From Octopus bimaculoides (Eukaryota), in the NCBI RefSeq assembly GCF_001194135.2, contig NC_068984.1, positions 17,131,944 to 17,195,943 of the forward strand: a stretch of DNA of 64,000 nt, written 5' to 3'. This document shows positions 1 to 13,111 of the stretch, in pieces (the stretch's first letter is position 1; each line of letters begins with the position of its first letter). A program made the position numbers and the translations under genes. The notes below the pieces were generated by a model. It was given only the letters and a program-made list of their open reading frames with translations, was not told the DNA's origin and searched no databases.

Positions 1-245
1 TAAGTCCAGTACTTATCCTATTGGTCTCTTTTGCCAAGGCATTGTTACAGCGACATAAACAAACCAACACCAGTTGTCAAGCAGTGAGGGGACAAACACA
101 AAGACACACACACACAGACACAAGACATCCACACAGTTTCTGTCTACTGAATTCACTCACAAGGCACTGGTCAGTCTGGGACGATATTAGAAGACACTTG
201 TCCTATGTGCTATGCAGTGGGACTAAACCTGCACTCAACAACCCT
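1..245 (-). mobile_element. SINE family A, partial (others at ~1260-1640, 24405-24850, 25170-25350, 57965-58154 and 58640-58820)
   Basis: Reverse complement matches the family A body (ttgacaactggtgttggtttgtttatgtc...gcaaaagagaccaatag). Confidence 0.7.
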
Positions 246-929
246 AATATATGTACATAAATACATACATGTGTGCATGCGTGTGCACATTCATATACTT
301 TTGTACATATTAATTTACAAAGCGGAAAAAAGAAGCATCCAATAGATATAGTAGGGTTTATTAATTCACTCGCATTTCAGTTCTACACAACACTGATCAC
401 TATACCTCAACATCATTTTACATTTGCTTTTCCATGCTGGCATGGGTTGCATGGGGCATCACAGACAAAGTGAATTCTTATTCAGAGTTACTGTCCTACA
501 TAGGTCAGAGATCATCTCTCACATTTCTGGCATGTTTTCTATGGCTAGATAACTCTCTTATCACCAACCACTTTACAGAGTGTACTGGGTGCATTTTATG
601 ATAGCACCAGCACTAGTGAAGCTGCTTTATCCCAGGCAAAACTAAAAAGTCCTCTGTAATCCATGTTTGTCTCCGTTGAGACAGTGATGAAAGAGGACAA
701 GAAAGAGGGGGGGGGAGATGACAAGCAGTAAAGAAGAGTAAGAGTAAGTAAGGATTGAGTACAAATAGGCATTCAATTTCATTCCATTCCTTGCTATACA
801 GGCAGAAGAATGGGGAAAAGTTAAGTGTTATAATAAGGAGAAACAATGATAGGAGAGGAGATGAGCGATAGATGAGAAGATAAAAAACAGAGGAGTAGTA
901 TATGACGATTGTATACAAGTATAATGTTC

Positions 930-1150
930 AGGAAAAGACCCTTTACATCCCAATGTTCATCATCACCAGTCATGAGTTTCACATCTATTTTTCTATGCTT
1001 GTATGGGTCCTCTTCATTACAGTACTTCACTGCAACTTGAGATCCTGTCTTCCTTTTGTAAAGTTGAGCCTCTTGAAACCAATCTTCACTACTTCATACC
1101 ATATCCTCTTTGGACACCACCAAACACTTCAAAAGTTGATACCAGCAGAC
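930..1150 (-). mobile_element. Decayed RTE LINE 3' end
   Basis: Minus frame PKRIWYEVVKIGFKRLNFTK followed by a degenerate tail; resembles the copy at 54735-55250. Confidence 0.5.
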
Positions 1151-3320
1151 ATACAAATATTTATAATAAACACACACAAACACATGCCTGTGCATGGGTT
1201 GTTGCGTGAATGTTTGCACTCCCATGGTACTGTCATTAACGCTCAAAGGTTTCCCTACGGTGGGGATGTTGTGGTGATGCTTTTTAGACCCAGGCATGGC
1301 CGTGGGGTAACAAAACTGGCTTCACAATCATGCTGTTTTAAGTACTATCCTATTGCATAGCACTACAGGCAAGTGTCTCTTACTATAGTTTCCAGCTGAA
1401 AATGCCTTATAAGTGAAATTCAGAGATGAAAATTGTACGGGAGCCCATTGGGTATGTGTGTGTGTGTGTTTTCACCTGGTTTCATGTTGACACTGTGGAC
1501 AAAGGTGACATGTTTATGTTTACTGTTACCTGCATAACCAGTAGCTTGAGAGTTTTGAGGTGCAAAAACCAGTGGAATAAAATAAACTTGCTCAAAAAAA
1601 GAAAAACAAAGAATGTAAAGGATACCCAGCTGTAGAATACTATTCCAAGCACTAGTAATGGCAGCGATCTGTAAAATATTGCTTGAATAAGTCTTGTCCA
1701 GTCCATGCCAAACGTAACTGGAGAAGTTCAAAATATAAGAGAATTCTCAGTTATGCAGGTGTTATAGAAAATAAAGTTGGCAGGAGATATTGAAACACTG
1801 CTGTCGCATCTAGGTACCAGCAGGATATATGACTGGTTGTAATATTCATCTTGACAAAGGTTCTTGTCTTGTGAAAAAGAAAAAAATAGATCTCTTGCTA
1901 TCCCACTCCTAATTCACCCGAACTATGAAATACCCTTCTGTTGAAAACTATTAAGTGGTACCTCAAAAGAACAGATCTCTACAGAGATTCAATAATGAGG
2001 TTTAGAAATGAACAGAATGAGTAATATAAGTTATGAGCCACTCCTCGTTGCTGCTGTCATCACTATCATTTAGCTTTCTGCTTCTATGCTAGCATGGGTT
2101 AAATGTTTTGACAGGATCTGATAAGTCAAAGGACTACATCATGCTGTAATGCCTACTTTGACATGATTTCTATGGCTAAATGTCCCTCTTAATGCCAACC
2201 ATTTTACATAGTATACTAGGTGCTTTTTGTTTTGTGAGGATTGTTATGTAAATTGCAAAGTTACAGGTCTAGAGTGACCCCTATAAATGAGGAAGAATAG
2301 AAGAGAGTGGACAATGAGATCTATGTATAAACATATACTTGTGTACACAATACAGATATAAACACACATATAACTAGATATAAACATGTGCATGCCTACA
2401 TATCTACAATACTGTAGAATAATCCCAGTCAAAACTGCTGAAACAAACCTTATGACAGTAATAACTCTTCAAATATTTAAGAGAAGCCAAGAGGTTTTCA
2501 TTTCCAGAAACTTGCACTTCAGTTTATCCTAGACCATGCTGCACTTTCTGATATGCAATGGTTAATAATATAGGACACAGACAAGCATTAAGGGCAAGTT
2601 GCATCTATTTTGCAATCCAGTCTGAAAACTGGTGACAGCTGCATCAAAGATAATTGATGCGAACTAAGTGGGCGGAATTCAGTGGATGTCATTTACAACC
2701 AAATAAAGAATTTCGTATGGCTACTGATATTGTAGATATTTTTTGTCCGTATGTGGTTTATATTTGTTTGGATCTACTAGAAGAGACAGTGCTTTCTAAA
2801 AATGATTTGGGTGCAAATGCATCTTGATATAATGGCAAGAAATGAGTGGTTTGACAGTCATGAACTTGGCTCCTCATACAAGAAATTACCATCTCACTTC
2901 AACATTCTTGCTTTTCTGTGTAGGTAGAAATGGATGTAATGTGTACACCCATTCATGATGAGGAGTGCCATTTTGATTTTGAGTTGATATTCTTTAGATT
3001 GGTAAAGTAGAGCCAGAGGAGGAATCAAGCAAGACTAGTATTGTTCATGATAAATCTTATATCTTGTAATTATACTCATTACAGGAGTTTGTTAATTTAG
3101 ACAAAATTCCCTATTAGTGACAAATTGTTATATGTGTAAGTGCTTTGATTTGCTTTGATGTTTATATGGTAGGAAGGTCAATGAACTGTTGTACGTGATA
3201 CCAAAAATTCAGGTCCTTTTGTGTGTGAGTGGAGTATGATGTAAGGCATAAGATAATGTTTACTAATATTGATACGTGACAGAGGCACAAGGCCACATAT
3301 CTGGGGTAGAGAATCTAGTT

Positions 3321-3562
3321 CAGTGGTTCTCAATCAGGGCCTGCATAAGATTTTTGTTGCTAAGGTTTGTGTGCAATAAATTGGTTATACTTCTACAGTA
3401 CACAAAATATTAAAAAAAAAATTTTGTTTTATACAATTCCTAATAATATTTAATAATAAAAATATAATAGGATTTTGAAAGTGATCGAATGCCTATGGGG
3501 GTCCAACTGAGTAAGACATGAATTAAGTGGGTCCATAGGCAAAAAATGGTTGACAACCACTG
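3321..3562. mobile_element. hAT-type MITE (242 bp) inserted into a SINE
   Basis: TIRs CAGTGGTTCTCAA / reverse complement CAGTGGTTGTCAA; perfect 8-bp TSD ATCTAGTT at 3313-3320 and 3563-3570. Confidence 0.85.
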
Positions 3563-3780
3563 ATCTAGTTGATTACATTAACTTCCATATTTGATTACTT
3601 TGTCTTATCAAACTCACAAAATTGAGAGGTTAAAGGTGACCTGCCAAAATTTGAACTAAATACCATTTTTCTACTTAATTCTACCAAACCACCACCTCAG
3701 TGTCTACTACTTTTCAGACAGACAGTCACATGCTTCAGTTTAAGCTTATTTGTTTCAGTCTAACAATTTGCGTTGCATTA

Positions 3781-4420
3781 TAGGCAATCTTATTCATGAA
3801 AACAAGTTGGAAGGCACGTATTCCTGTCTAGATGATGTCACCATATTTAGTAAAACAAAAGAGAAACACATCAACATCTGAATTCTAAAAAGTTGCTCAT
3901 AAATCTAATATGATACTGAATAATGATAGATGTAAATTTTCAACTAAATCTATCTGTATTCTAGGTTATCATATTAACCATAACAAATTGCACCCTGACT
4001 GTCTCCCCCCTACCCCCATTTAACTCCATTTCTAGAAAGGTCCATGCTTACTAATAAATAATCCTTATCTTATATGACAAATCTGTTTGCTTACTATTCT
4101 GGATAGGTTCCTTGCTTCTCTGAAAGAATGAGACCTTTGATCAATGCTCAAATTCTGCTCTCAAAGGAAGCCACAATGGCAATCACTTAAAAACAGCAAT
4201 TATGGAAGTTTGTCAATGCTAAAGTAGATAAACAAACCATTAACCACCAAAATGGACACACCTGTGACTGCTACCAAGGATAGTCTTAATCAAAATGATA
4301 AGTCTGTAGCATTCATTCTTTAGTCACCGAATTTTGTTGGAAAAAGATCTAGTGCTATAAAAAAAAGTGGCTTATGCAATAGTTGAGGTGGCCAAAAAGT
4401 GATGCCATTTCCTTTTAAGC
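3781..4420 (+). pseudogene. Decayed Ty3/Gypsy pol fragment (RT palm to RNase H)
   Basis: Frame pieces GTYSCLDDVTIFSKTKEKH (YxDD equivalent), RCKFSTKSICILGYHI, LFAYYSG*VPCFSERMRPL, SLNQNDKSVAFI and KVAYAIVEVAKK*CHFL, with stops and frameshifts. Confidence 0.75.
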
Positions 4421-5777
4421 AAACAATTTACCCAGGTGATTGGCCAGATAGCTGTAGCTTGTATGTTTATGGTTAAGCAGATTTTCTAAAGCTGAATACC
4501 CTTCCTGTTTCTTAAAAATATATATATATATATATATTATACATACATATACATATATCATCATCACCTGTTTTCCATGCTGGCATGGGTTGGACAGTTT
4601 GACATGGAGCTGGCTTGTTGGGGAGCTGTCCAGACTCCAATTGTCTGTTGTGGCATGGTTTCTACAGCTGGGTGCCCTTCCTAACACCAACCACTTAACA
4701 GATTGTGCTGGCTGCTTTTTACATGCATCTGGCACCGGTGCATTTATGCTGCACCAGCATGAGTGCATCTTCTTAAGTGCAGCAAATCACCACAACCCCT
4801 GTTCCTTTGCCATTTCTTCAGTGAGGCCCAACGTCTGAACATCCGCTTTCATCATATATATATATATATATGTATGTATTGTTCGAAATTGTACAAGACA
4901 CAAGACAGAGGTAAGTGAAAGAACTACAAATACAGTGTATTAGTTTGATGCTTAGGAAAAATGAGAAAGTCTTTGAGGTTTCAAGTCTAAGCTCTTCTAC
5001 AGAAAGGAATGAGGAGAGAATACATGGAGACACACACACACACACACACACACGTGTGTGTCATCAATTTTATGTCCACCTTCCATGGTGATATTGGATG
5101 GATGGTTCAACAGAACCTGATGAGTTGGAGATCCCAAACTTACTCCAGTACTCCAGTGTGTGTGTGTATGTATATATACACAATTATCTTTATATGTACA
5201 TTGCTATTCATACACAGGTCTATTCATCTATATGTACACAGATACACATCATATACATACACATAGATTTGTTAGGTCAATGGTAAGAGAATGAAAATAT
5301 ATATATATATATATACAGTTCATACTCAAATTCTTCTTTACTATATAAAAAGGTTGACAAAAATACTATTATACATTATTCTTTTCTACTCTAGGCACAA
5401 GGTCCAAAATGTTTGGGGGAGGGGACCAGTCAATTAGATTGACCTCAGTACGTAACTGGTACTTAATTTATCGACCCCGGCAAAATTTGAACTCAGAACG
5501 TAAAAACAGATGAAATACCACTAAGCATTTCGCCCGGTGTGCTAATGTTTCTGCCAGCACACCGCCTTAATATTATACATTACTAGCAGAAATACCCGGC
5601 GTTGCCCGGGTTAAAGAGAATAATGAAATCTAAAAACGCTGTCTAGACTACGCATCATCTTTATATATAGAGATGTATATAACACACGTATATATATGTA
5701 TATCAATATAAATATATGAAAGTCAATGAAGTTTTGTAAAAGAAGGTGATCATGTACATACTTTCTTGCTGTTGTGA

Positions 5778-5921
5778 TTATAACACCTCATTGTAAACTA
5801 TGTTCCTTGTTTTCCCTTGTGGAGCATATACAAATAGGTTTTTTGTTGCTGCCCACTTTTGAGCAGCCAACATACAGTTGTCCATGTGAGAAGCAGGGCT
5901 CTTCCAAGAGAAGACCAGCTA
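5778..5921 (-). pseudogene. Helitron RepHel PIF1-type helicase C-terminus: AGLLLEEPCFSHGQLYVGCSKVGSNK(fs)LFVYAPQGKTRNIVYNEVL*
   Basis: Manual translation gives the FSHGQLYV..S.V and NIVY.EVL motifs of Helitron helicases; one extra A in a homopolymer shifts the frame. Confidence 0.85.
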
Positions 5922-6762
5922 NNNNNNNNNNNNNNNNNNNNNNNNNNNNNNNNNNNNNNNNNNNNNNNNNNNNNNNNNNNNNNNNNNNNNNNNNNNNNNN
6001 NNNNNNNNNNNNNNNNNNNNNNNNNNNNNNNNNNNNNNNNNNNNNNNNNNNNNNNNNNNNNNNNNNNNNNNNNNNNNNNNNNNNNNNNNNNNNNNNNNNN
6101 NNNNNNNNNNNNNNNNNNNNNNNNNNNNNNNNNNNNNNNNNNNNNNNNNNNNNNNNNNNNNNNNNNNNNNNNNNNNNNNNNNNNNNNNNNNNNNNNNNNN
6201 NNNNNNNNNNNNNNNNNNNNNNNNNNNNNNNNNNNNNNNNNNNNNNNNNNNNNNNNNNNNNNNNNNNNNNNNNNNNNNNNNNNNNNNNNNNNNNNNNNNN
6301 NNNNNNNNNNNNNNNNNNNNNNNNNNNNNNNNNNNNNNNNNNNNNNNNNNNNNNNNNNNNNNNNNNNNNNNNNNNNNNNNNNNNNNNNNNNNNNNNNNNN
6401 NNNNNNNNNNNNNNNNNNNNNNNNNNNNNNNNNNNNNNNNNNNNNNNNNNNNNNNNNNNNNNNNNNNNNNNNNNNNNNNNNNNNNNNNNNNNNNNNNNNN
6501 NNNNNNNNNNNNNNNNNNNNNNNNNNNNNNNNNNNNNNNNNNNNNNNNNNNNNNNNNNNNNNNNNNNNNNNNNNNNNNNNNNNNNNNNNNNNNNNNNNNN
6601 NNNNNNNNNNNNNNNNNNNNNNNNNNNNNNNNNNNNNNNNNNNNNNNNNNNNNNNNNNNNNNNNNNNNNNNNNNNNNNNNNNNNNNNNNNNNNNNNNNNN
6701 NNNNNNNNNNNNNNNNNNNNNNNNNNNNNNNNNNNNNNNNNNNNNNNNNNNNNNNNNNNNNN
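5922..6762. other. Assembly gap (N run; further gaps at 15528-15537, 50157-50626 and 55131-55140)
   Basis: N characters; the poly-X ORFs are artefacts. Confidence 1.
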
Positions 6763-7004
6763 GTGATTGTTTCAGTTAGTGGAATAGTTTCATTTTTAAA
6801 GTGAAAGTATTTGACATGAGTGTTTTTGTTTCACTTTTGACACGTAATACTTAAATAGTGGAGGAGATATTATGTTGCCGTGTGCTCGAACTCTGCAAGA
6901 AGTTAATAATTTTTTTTGACTAAAACACAACTGGAACCCTAAGTAAGGCATGTGTAAAATTTGAATGAAATTGGTTGCGTAGTTCTCGAGTTTTAGGGAT
7001 TCAC

Positions 7005-7035
<31 letters not shown>

Positions 7036-7069
7036 CACATTCTCATTTTTATATATATAGATTATACAA

Positions 7070-7465
7070 GCTGTGTGGTTAAGAATCTCACTTTGCAAGC
7101 ACATGATTTTGGGTTCAGTCCTACTGTGCTGCACCTTGGGCACGTGTCTTGTTATAGCCATGGACTGACCAATGCCTTTGAGTGAGTCTGGTTGACAGAA
7201 ACTGTATGGAAGCCAGTGGTATAAATATATTTACATGTATATGTGTGTGTCTGTATTCATGTCTGTTTGTACTCCCATCATGTGACAACCATTGTTGGTT
7301 TGTTTATGTTCTTGTAACTTGTGGTTTGGCAAAAGAGACCAATAGAAAAAGTACCAAACTTAAGAAATAAGTACTGGGGTTTGATTTGTTCAACTAAAAC
7401 CTTTCAAGGTGGTGCCCCAGCATGGGTATAGACCAATGACTGAAACAAGTAAAAAATAAAAGATA
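7070..7465 (+). mobile_element. tRNA-derived SINE family A
   Basis: Head, body and tail homologous to 59912-60336; CpG-decayed. Confidence 0.8.
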
Positions 7466-8060
7466 AAGCTACAATCTAGATGACAGTAAAATACTGTTTG
7501 ACACTGAATATACAAACTACAAGATAGATAGTAAAACACTGCTAGCTTTTCAGTAGGTCTAATTTTATTCTTAGTAACTCAGAGGTGATGAAACAATGTT
7601 AAAATAGACAATGGAAGAACAAAGTTTGTTGGTCAATGAATAAAGTATTCACTCTCGCTTTCTTTTTTTTTTTTTGCTGATATAGTTTACATGTTGTCAC
7701 TGTTAAAAAGTACTCAAGGTGTATCTTGAAGATGAAACTTTAGTTAATACAGTAGATAAATGTGAAGTTTTAGAAAAAGTGTCATGGAAAAACAAGCATG
7801 GAATTAAAGGTAAAAAGATAAGAAAAAGGCGTGTGGGTGACTAAAGAGAATAAAGAACGTTATCCACATAGAATTACTGAATAGCTTATCTAACTGAAAG
7901 CAAACAGTTTGTAGAGACTGATTCATATGCAAAAGTGTCTAAAGTTTAATAACCTTTGTTTCTCTGAAAAATTTCATGATTTGCAACAATCTGTTTGTGA
8001 CATAAAGGAGAAGGTTGCCAGTTGATGTAGATCAGTAGAAACTAGACTAGTTGTCGTTAA

Positions 8061-8269
8061 CCTTTGGCATTTATACTGGACATATCAGGCCCAAATATTC
8101 CTACCTGTTTATGCTAAAACTGGCCTCTCACACCTACCTAACAATATCACTCTAAAAATAAACAATCATACCATAGAAATCTCAAAGCTTCAAGATAATG
8201 CATTATTAATTCAGAACAATGTGAATAAATAAGCATTTTATTTAACAGAGTAATCTAAATGCTAAAGGG
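8061..8269. mobile_element. piggyBac-type MITE (209 bp)
   Basis: TTAA at 8057-60 and 8270-73; termini CCTTTGGCATTTA / reverse complement CCCTTTAGCATTTA. Confidence 0.65.
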
Positions 8270-10833
8270 TTAAATTAATAAAGAATTCAAATTATTTGGA
8301 AGTTGGATGTAGAGGGTTTGTAGGACACAGTGTGAGACGACTGCTGTTATCGTTAGGCCTAACTCACTGTACGGTAAATACCACCATGAGTGATATCCAA
8401 ACTACAGTGGAGAAGGCTAAGCCACTGGATTTAGTTAAAAAGAGAAGATGAGCAATGGCTAGAGAAATATTGAGCTTTTTTTTTAGTAACCAGTTGATCT
8501 AGCAAGCAGAGCCTCATATCCGTGAGGGGGGCTGGTGCGCATTGATGCCGTCGAGAGGAGGCCCCGAAACGGTGCACATTCTCTCCTGATGACCCCATGC
8601 ACTTGCTGGCTTCTGGTATGTGGAGTTCTCGACTGGTAGCACTTGCATGTGCAAGTTGTTAGCAAGACATATAACAACTTCTATCATTCTGGAGATGTTA
8701 AAAATGAGAGCAAAAACTTGGAGAATAATCAGGAGGGAGAATAGTTTTATGAACTGACATAGAAAAGCATGTTTTCTATTTCAGAAGACATGTAATACAG
8801 TAGGAGAGAAGCTGAAGAATTTGAAAAGATTATAAACTAATTTAAAGGAATTATATATAAGTTTTGTGACCTAATATGCATCAGTAGATATACTAATATT
8901 CACTAACATCTATATTCTCATCTGCACAATAAAACACCATATGTAATAATTGGGGGCTCTTTGTAGTCACTGAATCTTCTATTTCCTTCAAATCACTCCT
9001 TGCCATCTATTAGAACAGAATTAACTAAAAAAAAGTCTCTCATGCCTCTAGGAAAACAGAATAGTCATGGCTGAAAGGCCTTTTATCATAGAACTTGCTT
9101 AACTGAGATCAACTTGGGACTAAACAACAATAACAAAAAGTCTCTGTGTAGTTGCTCAAACTGCTAAAAATAGCAACCAAATATCCCTCAAATTATACTG
9201 CACTGCTTTAAAAACAAGGGCCACACTGGACAAATAAGTCCTGGCTGGTGTTCCTTTGATTATAGCCCTGCCTGATCAATGCTAGCTCAGGGCTACACAA
9301 TATCAGAAACAAACTGCAACTGACTTTGCTTTTAATTAACTAAGACATGAGGTTTAATACACTGAGAAGAGATAATTATTTTATGGTTTATTTTAAATAT
9401 ATTAATTGCTGCCAATAAGTATGTTTTCAAATTAAATGTGAGAAAAATATAAGCTGATAAAAACAGTATCATATTTGGTGACATAAAAGATGCACAAGAA
9501 TATCAGATACACCCTATTTTCAGCAGCACTTATTAAAAAAAAGTGTCAGGGACAGAATTAACCTCTGGGAGGCCTAATTTTGCATATAGGACACAGGAGG
9601 ATTTTTTGAGACATTGGGGGGGGGGGGAGTGCATATTATATACCATCAAATACAGTCACTTTTTTAAAATAATTTCTGATCAGAACAAATGGAAAGTTAT
9701 TTTCTTTTAACCTTTTTATGACAAAATTGCTTATCCAACTTTACACCTGATTTATTTATAAACTATACCCAATATTACATGGAATTTTGTTAATTTTCTG
9801 TTGCATTTTTAATCAGCTACTATCAACTAGAGTCCTATATTAATGAACATTCTCTGTGTAAAATGGAAATTTAAATAGGTTACAATCTCACTAAAATTGA
9901 TATGGAAAAATTGCAAAAAGAAAAACAAAGAATTATTGGCCCAAAACTTGAGCAAAGAATTTATATAAGTGCAAAATATTTTTAGACCACTTTCAGTAGT
10001 TAATCTTAATTTTCTTAATCTATTTTGAAGTTTTTACAAGCTGGTTGCAACTTATGGATAACTTCATTCATGATAACAAAGTTGATCTGGCTTTCTACTT
10101 CAACTGAATGAGTAACTAATTAGAAAACAGATTAGTCTAATGTTAAGGTTATAAATAACTTTTAATTTCCATTATTGAATTCTCAGCTCCTTAAACCTTT
10201 CTTCATTCTTTATTCTATGTCCATAACCAGTGCAAAATGCCTACTCTCCAAATAAGTGTTTGCTAATGTAATCAGTAAAGTTTTCTAAACTTGTTACTTC
10301 TGAGGTGACATTAAATGTTTTTTTATTAATAGAAGATTAACAACATAATAAAAACTGAATTTTGATGCCTCTTGCATATGAAGATCTTTTGAGAAAAAAA
10401 ACAAAAACAAAACAAAAACACAGTGAAGTCAAATGACCTACTGGTCCTTAGAAACAAAAATAAGGGCAATGCAAAGTTTATATTTGTAAAATAGATAAGA
10501 AATAAAGAGGGAAAGTTCGACAGAAACTCAGTATCAAAGACATTTGCTGCCTAAAGATTTGGAGATAGTGAGAATTTATCTGAATTTAGATAGCGATTAT
10601 AGTAGTTTGGTACCAAAATTCTGTAAAGTTTATGAATATAAAAATACCTACAAATAGTGAATTACAAATGGAAACAGTGCCAAGATAAGTTGACATATTA
10701 CAATTTAAATAAAATTCTATAAACTCAACTCACATGAGACAAAAAAAAGCAACATTTAATTTATAAATAAATTTCTTTTGCATTGACTTTCTTTTCTGTG
10801 TACACGTCTGATCAAATGGAAAGAGAAATAATC

Positions 10834-10974
10834 CTAAGTAATCCAGATGTCAAGATATCCTAAATCTTGATTTAAATATGATCTCACGAAGAGTAGAACA
10901 CTACATCCATCACCACCAGCCTGAATGCAAAACAGACACAGTAGACAGATTCTTCCACAGACTTGACACAACAC
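10834..10974 (-). other. Putative terminal exon (coding part) with two in-frame acceptors (10974 and 10920), TAG at 10836-10834, then U-rich sequence and AATAAA at 10327-10322
   Basis: Acceptors ttgctacatag| and tgttttgcattcag| are 54 nt apart; composition downstream is UTR-like. Confidence 0.3.
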
Positions 10975-11060
10975 CTATGTAGCAAGATACAAACTTAAAT
11001 GAGGCAAATAATACAGAAATGATAATAATTGATGTTAAAATTGTATGAATTATCTACAAA

Positions 11061-11470
11061 GCACAGGAGTGGCTGTTTGGTAAGAAGCTTGTTTTCAAAC
11101 CATGTGGTTCTGAGTTCAGTCCCACTCTGTGACACCTTAGGCAAGTGTCTTCTACTATAGCTCCAAGCTGACCAAAGTCATGTGAATAGATTTGGTAAAC
11201 AGAAATTGAAAGAAGCCTGTCACATGTGTGTGCGTGTGCATATATTTATATGTGTGTGTCTTTGTGTTTATTCTCACCACCACTTGACAACTAGTGTTGG
11301 TTTGTTTATGTCGCTGGAACTTAGCAATTCAGCAAAAAGAAACCAATAGAATAAGCACCAGGCTTAAGGAAAATATAAGTACTACACGAGTTGATTTGTT
11401 CAACTACAACCCTTCAAAGCATGCCACAGCATGGTTGCAGTCTAATGACTGAAACCGGTAAAAGATAAAA
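11061..11470 (+). mobile_element. tRNA-derived SINE family A
   Basis: Same head, body and tail as 59912-60336. Confidence 0.8.
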
Positions 11471-12877
11471 TATGAATTCATTGAAATATGAATAGCGCTA
11501 CCATACGCAATATCATTGATGATGATGATGATGGCAACAATATAATGATCCAGATGCTAACAGTTATGTTCATCCAGGATAGCCATTTCAAAATCAATAA
11601 TTAAAATTCTTAAAATTTCAAATTTACAAACAAGCATCTTCAAAGAGGCATTTTATTAAAGCTCTTTCATTCCAAATGTTACTAAACTGTTTTTATGAAA
11701 ATAAAATTTTAAAAATAAATAAATAAAAAAGTATGCTTTTACACTTTTTTGTTTTCTGCTTTCAATTCAAAACCAACACAGCAAGCCATAACCAGCAGTA
11801 ATTATATATCAAAATAAGCTTGTAAACAGCACAGAATCTTACACTAGTACAGCTATCTTTAGAACTTAATCTATTTACCATAACATTAAAAAGGAATAAT
11901 AGGTTTTCTATGTCACATTACACAACAAAATAATACATCATTTATTTTTACACAATCTAATTTAGTCGAAAAAAAAAAAAAATTCTTCCCAAAATAGTAT
12001 TATTGATACTGACCTTGTTGGAAGGGGGTGGGGGAGATTAATTAAATATAATGTATAAAAAATTATATTAAATTCATCATCCTGGTTCTCTTCCATTACT
12101 CTCCCCAATGACTTTCTTGCTCTATGATGGCATTTGAACCTCAAGGGTGTGCCTTGGCACTTGCCACTATTTATATCTCTCTCTTCCTTTACTCAACCAT
12201 CTTATTTATACTCTGATCCCTATTCCTTGTGAGCATGCCTGGCATTTTGCCACCATTTCCATCCTGCGGTCTCCCACTCACACTCTTTCTCTCTCTCTCT
12301 CCTTCAATTCCCTCAGGCTGGGCAACCATGTATTTTCTTTCTGGCAACACACCTGTTTCTGTCTTCCTCCCTGATCTTTCTTTCTTCGGCCAGGTAACCT
12401 TGTACTTCCTCTACAGTAAGACACCTGTATCTGTCTCACTATAACCATTTCATCATCAGCTCCTCCAATGATTCCTTAAACGTTTTTGTCATGCTAGGTA
12501 CTTGGTGACCCTGTCAATACAGATGCCACGTAAAAGCACCCAGTCCACACTGTATTTGGAGAGGTATCCAGCTGTAAAAACTTTACCAAAACTGACTTCA
12601 TCTGTGCTTGTGCCACATAAAAAGCATTAAGTGGTAGATGTTAGGAAGGGCATCCAGCTGTAAAAATCCTGTCCAAACAGTCACAGAAGTCTGGTGCAGG
12701 CTTCGGCCTGGCCGACTCTTGTGGTACTGTCCCACCCATGCTAGCATGGAACACAGATGTTGAATGATGATGATGATGATCCTCTTTCATCACTTTCTCT
12801 TCTCCCTAATGTACAGAGGATAAGGCACCCTCTCTAACATCAGTGACAGGAAGGACATGCAACTACAGAAAACATAC

Positions 12878-13111
12878 CATGAGTAGAATGCAGATGCAAA
12901 ATGTGGTCATGTAGTCCTCAATTTGTCTAGTTGAGAGCCGTAATTCGAAATAAGAGGTGACTTGGTTCATGAGAAGCAGTGTGGAAAAGGAAGGCATGAT
13001 GATGGTGATGATACCACTTAATCTAAGAAAATCCATTGTGATCAAGTCAACTCCGGAGGTAAACTTAATATTTAATCTCTATTTCTAATGAATCTTCAAA
13101 GAAGATCTGTT
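12878..13111 (-). other. Putative exon with a strong-Kozak ATG at 13036 opening a 53-codon frame that runs to the donor
   Basis: Acceptors tttatttcaag| (13111) or aacag| (13106); donor ATG|gtatgt; context acaATGG. Confidence 0.35.

Larger units (their letters stand above)
5583..7061 (-). mobile_element. Helitron with both termini; interior lost in the N-gap
   Basis: 5' end A|TCTATATATATAAAAATG at 7061 followed by a (TCTG)n tract. 3' end has hairpin CCCGG-GCAACG-CCGGG (5595-5610), 8 nt, then CTAG|T (5583-5586). Helicase C-terminus at 5778-5921. Confidence 0.8.

Noticed and set aside
8555-8600. GAAAC followed by CTGATGA (possible type II hammerhead)
   Set aside because: The flanks that should form stem II are both CCCC and cannot pair; no valid NUH or stem III.
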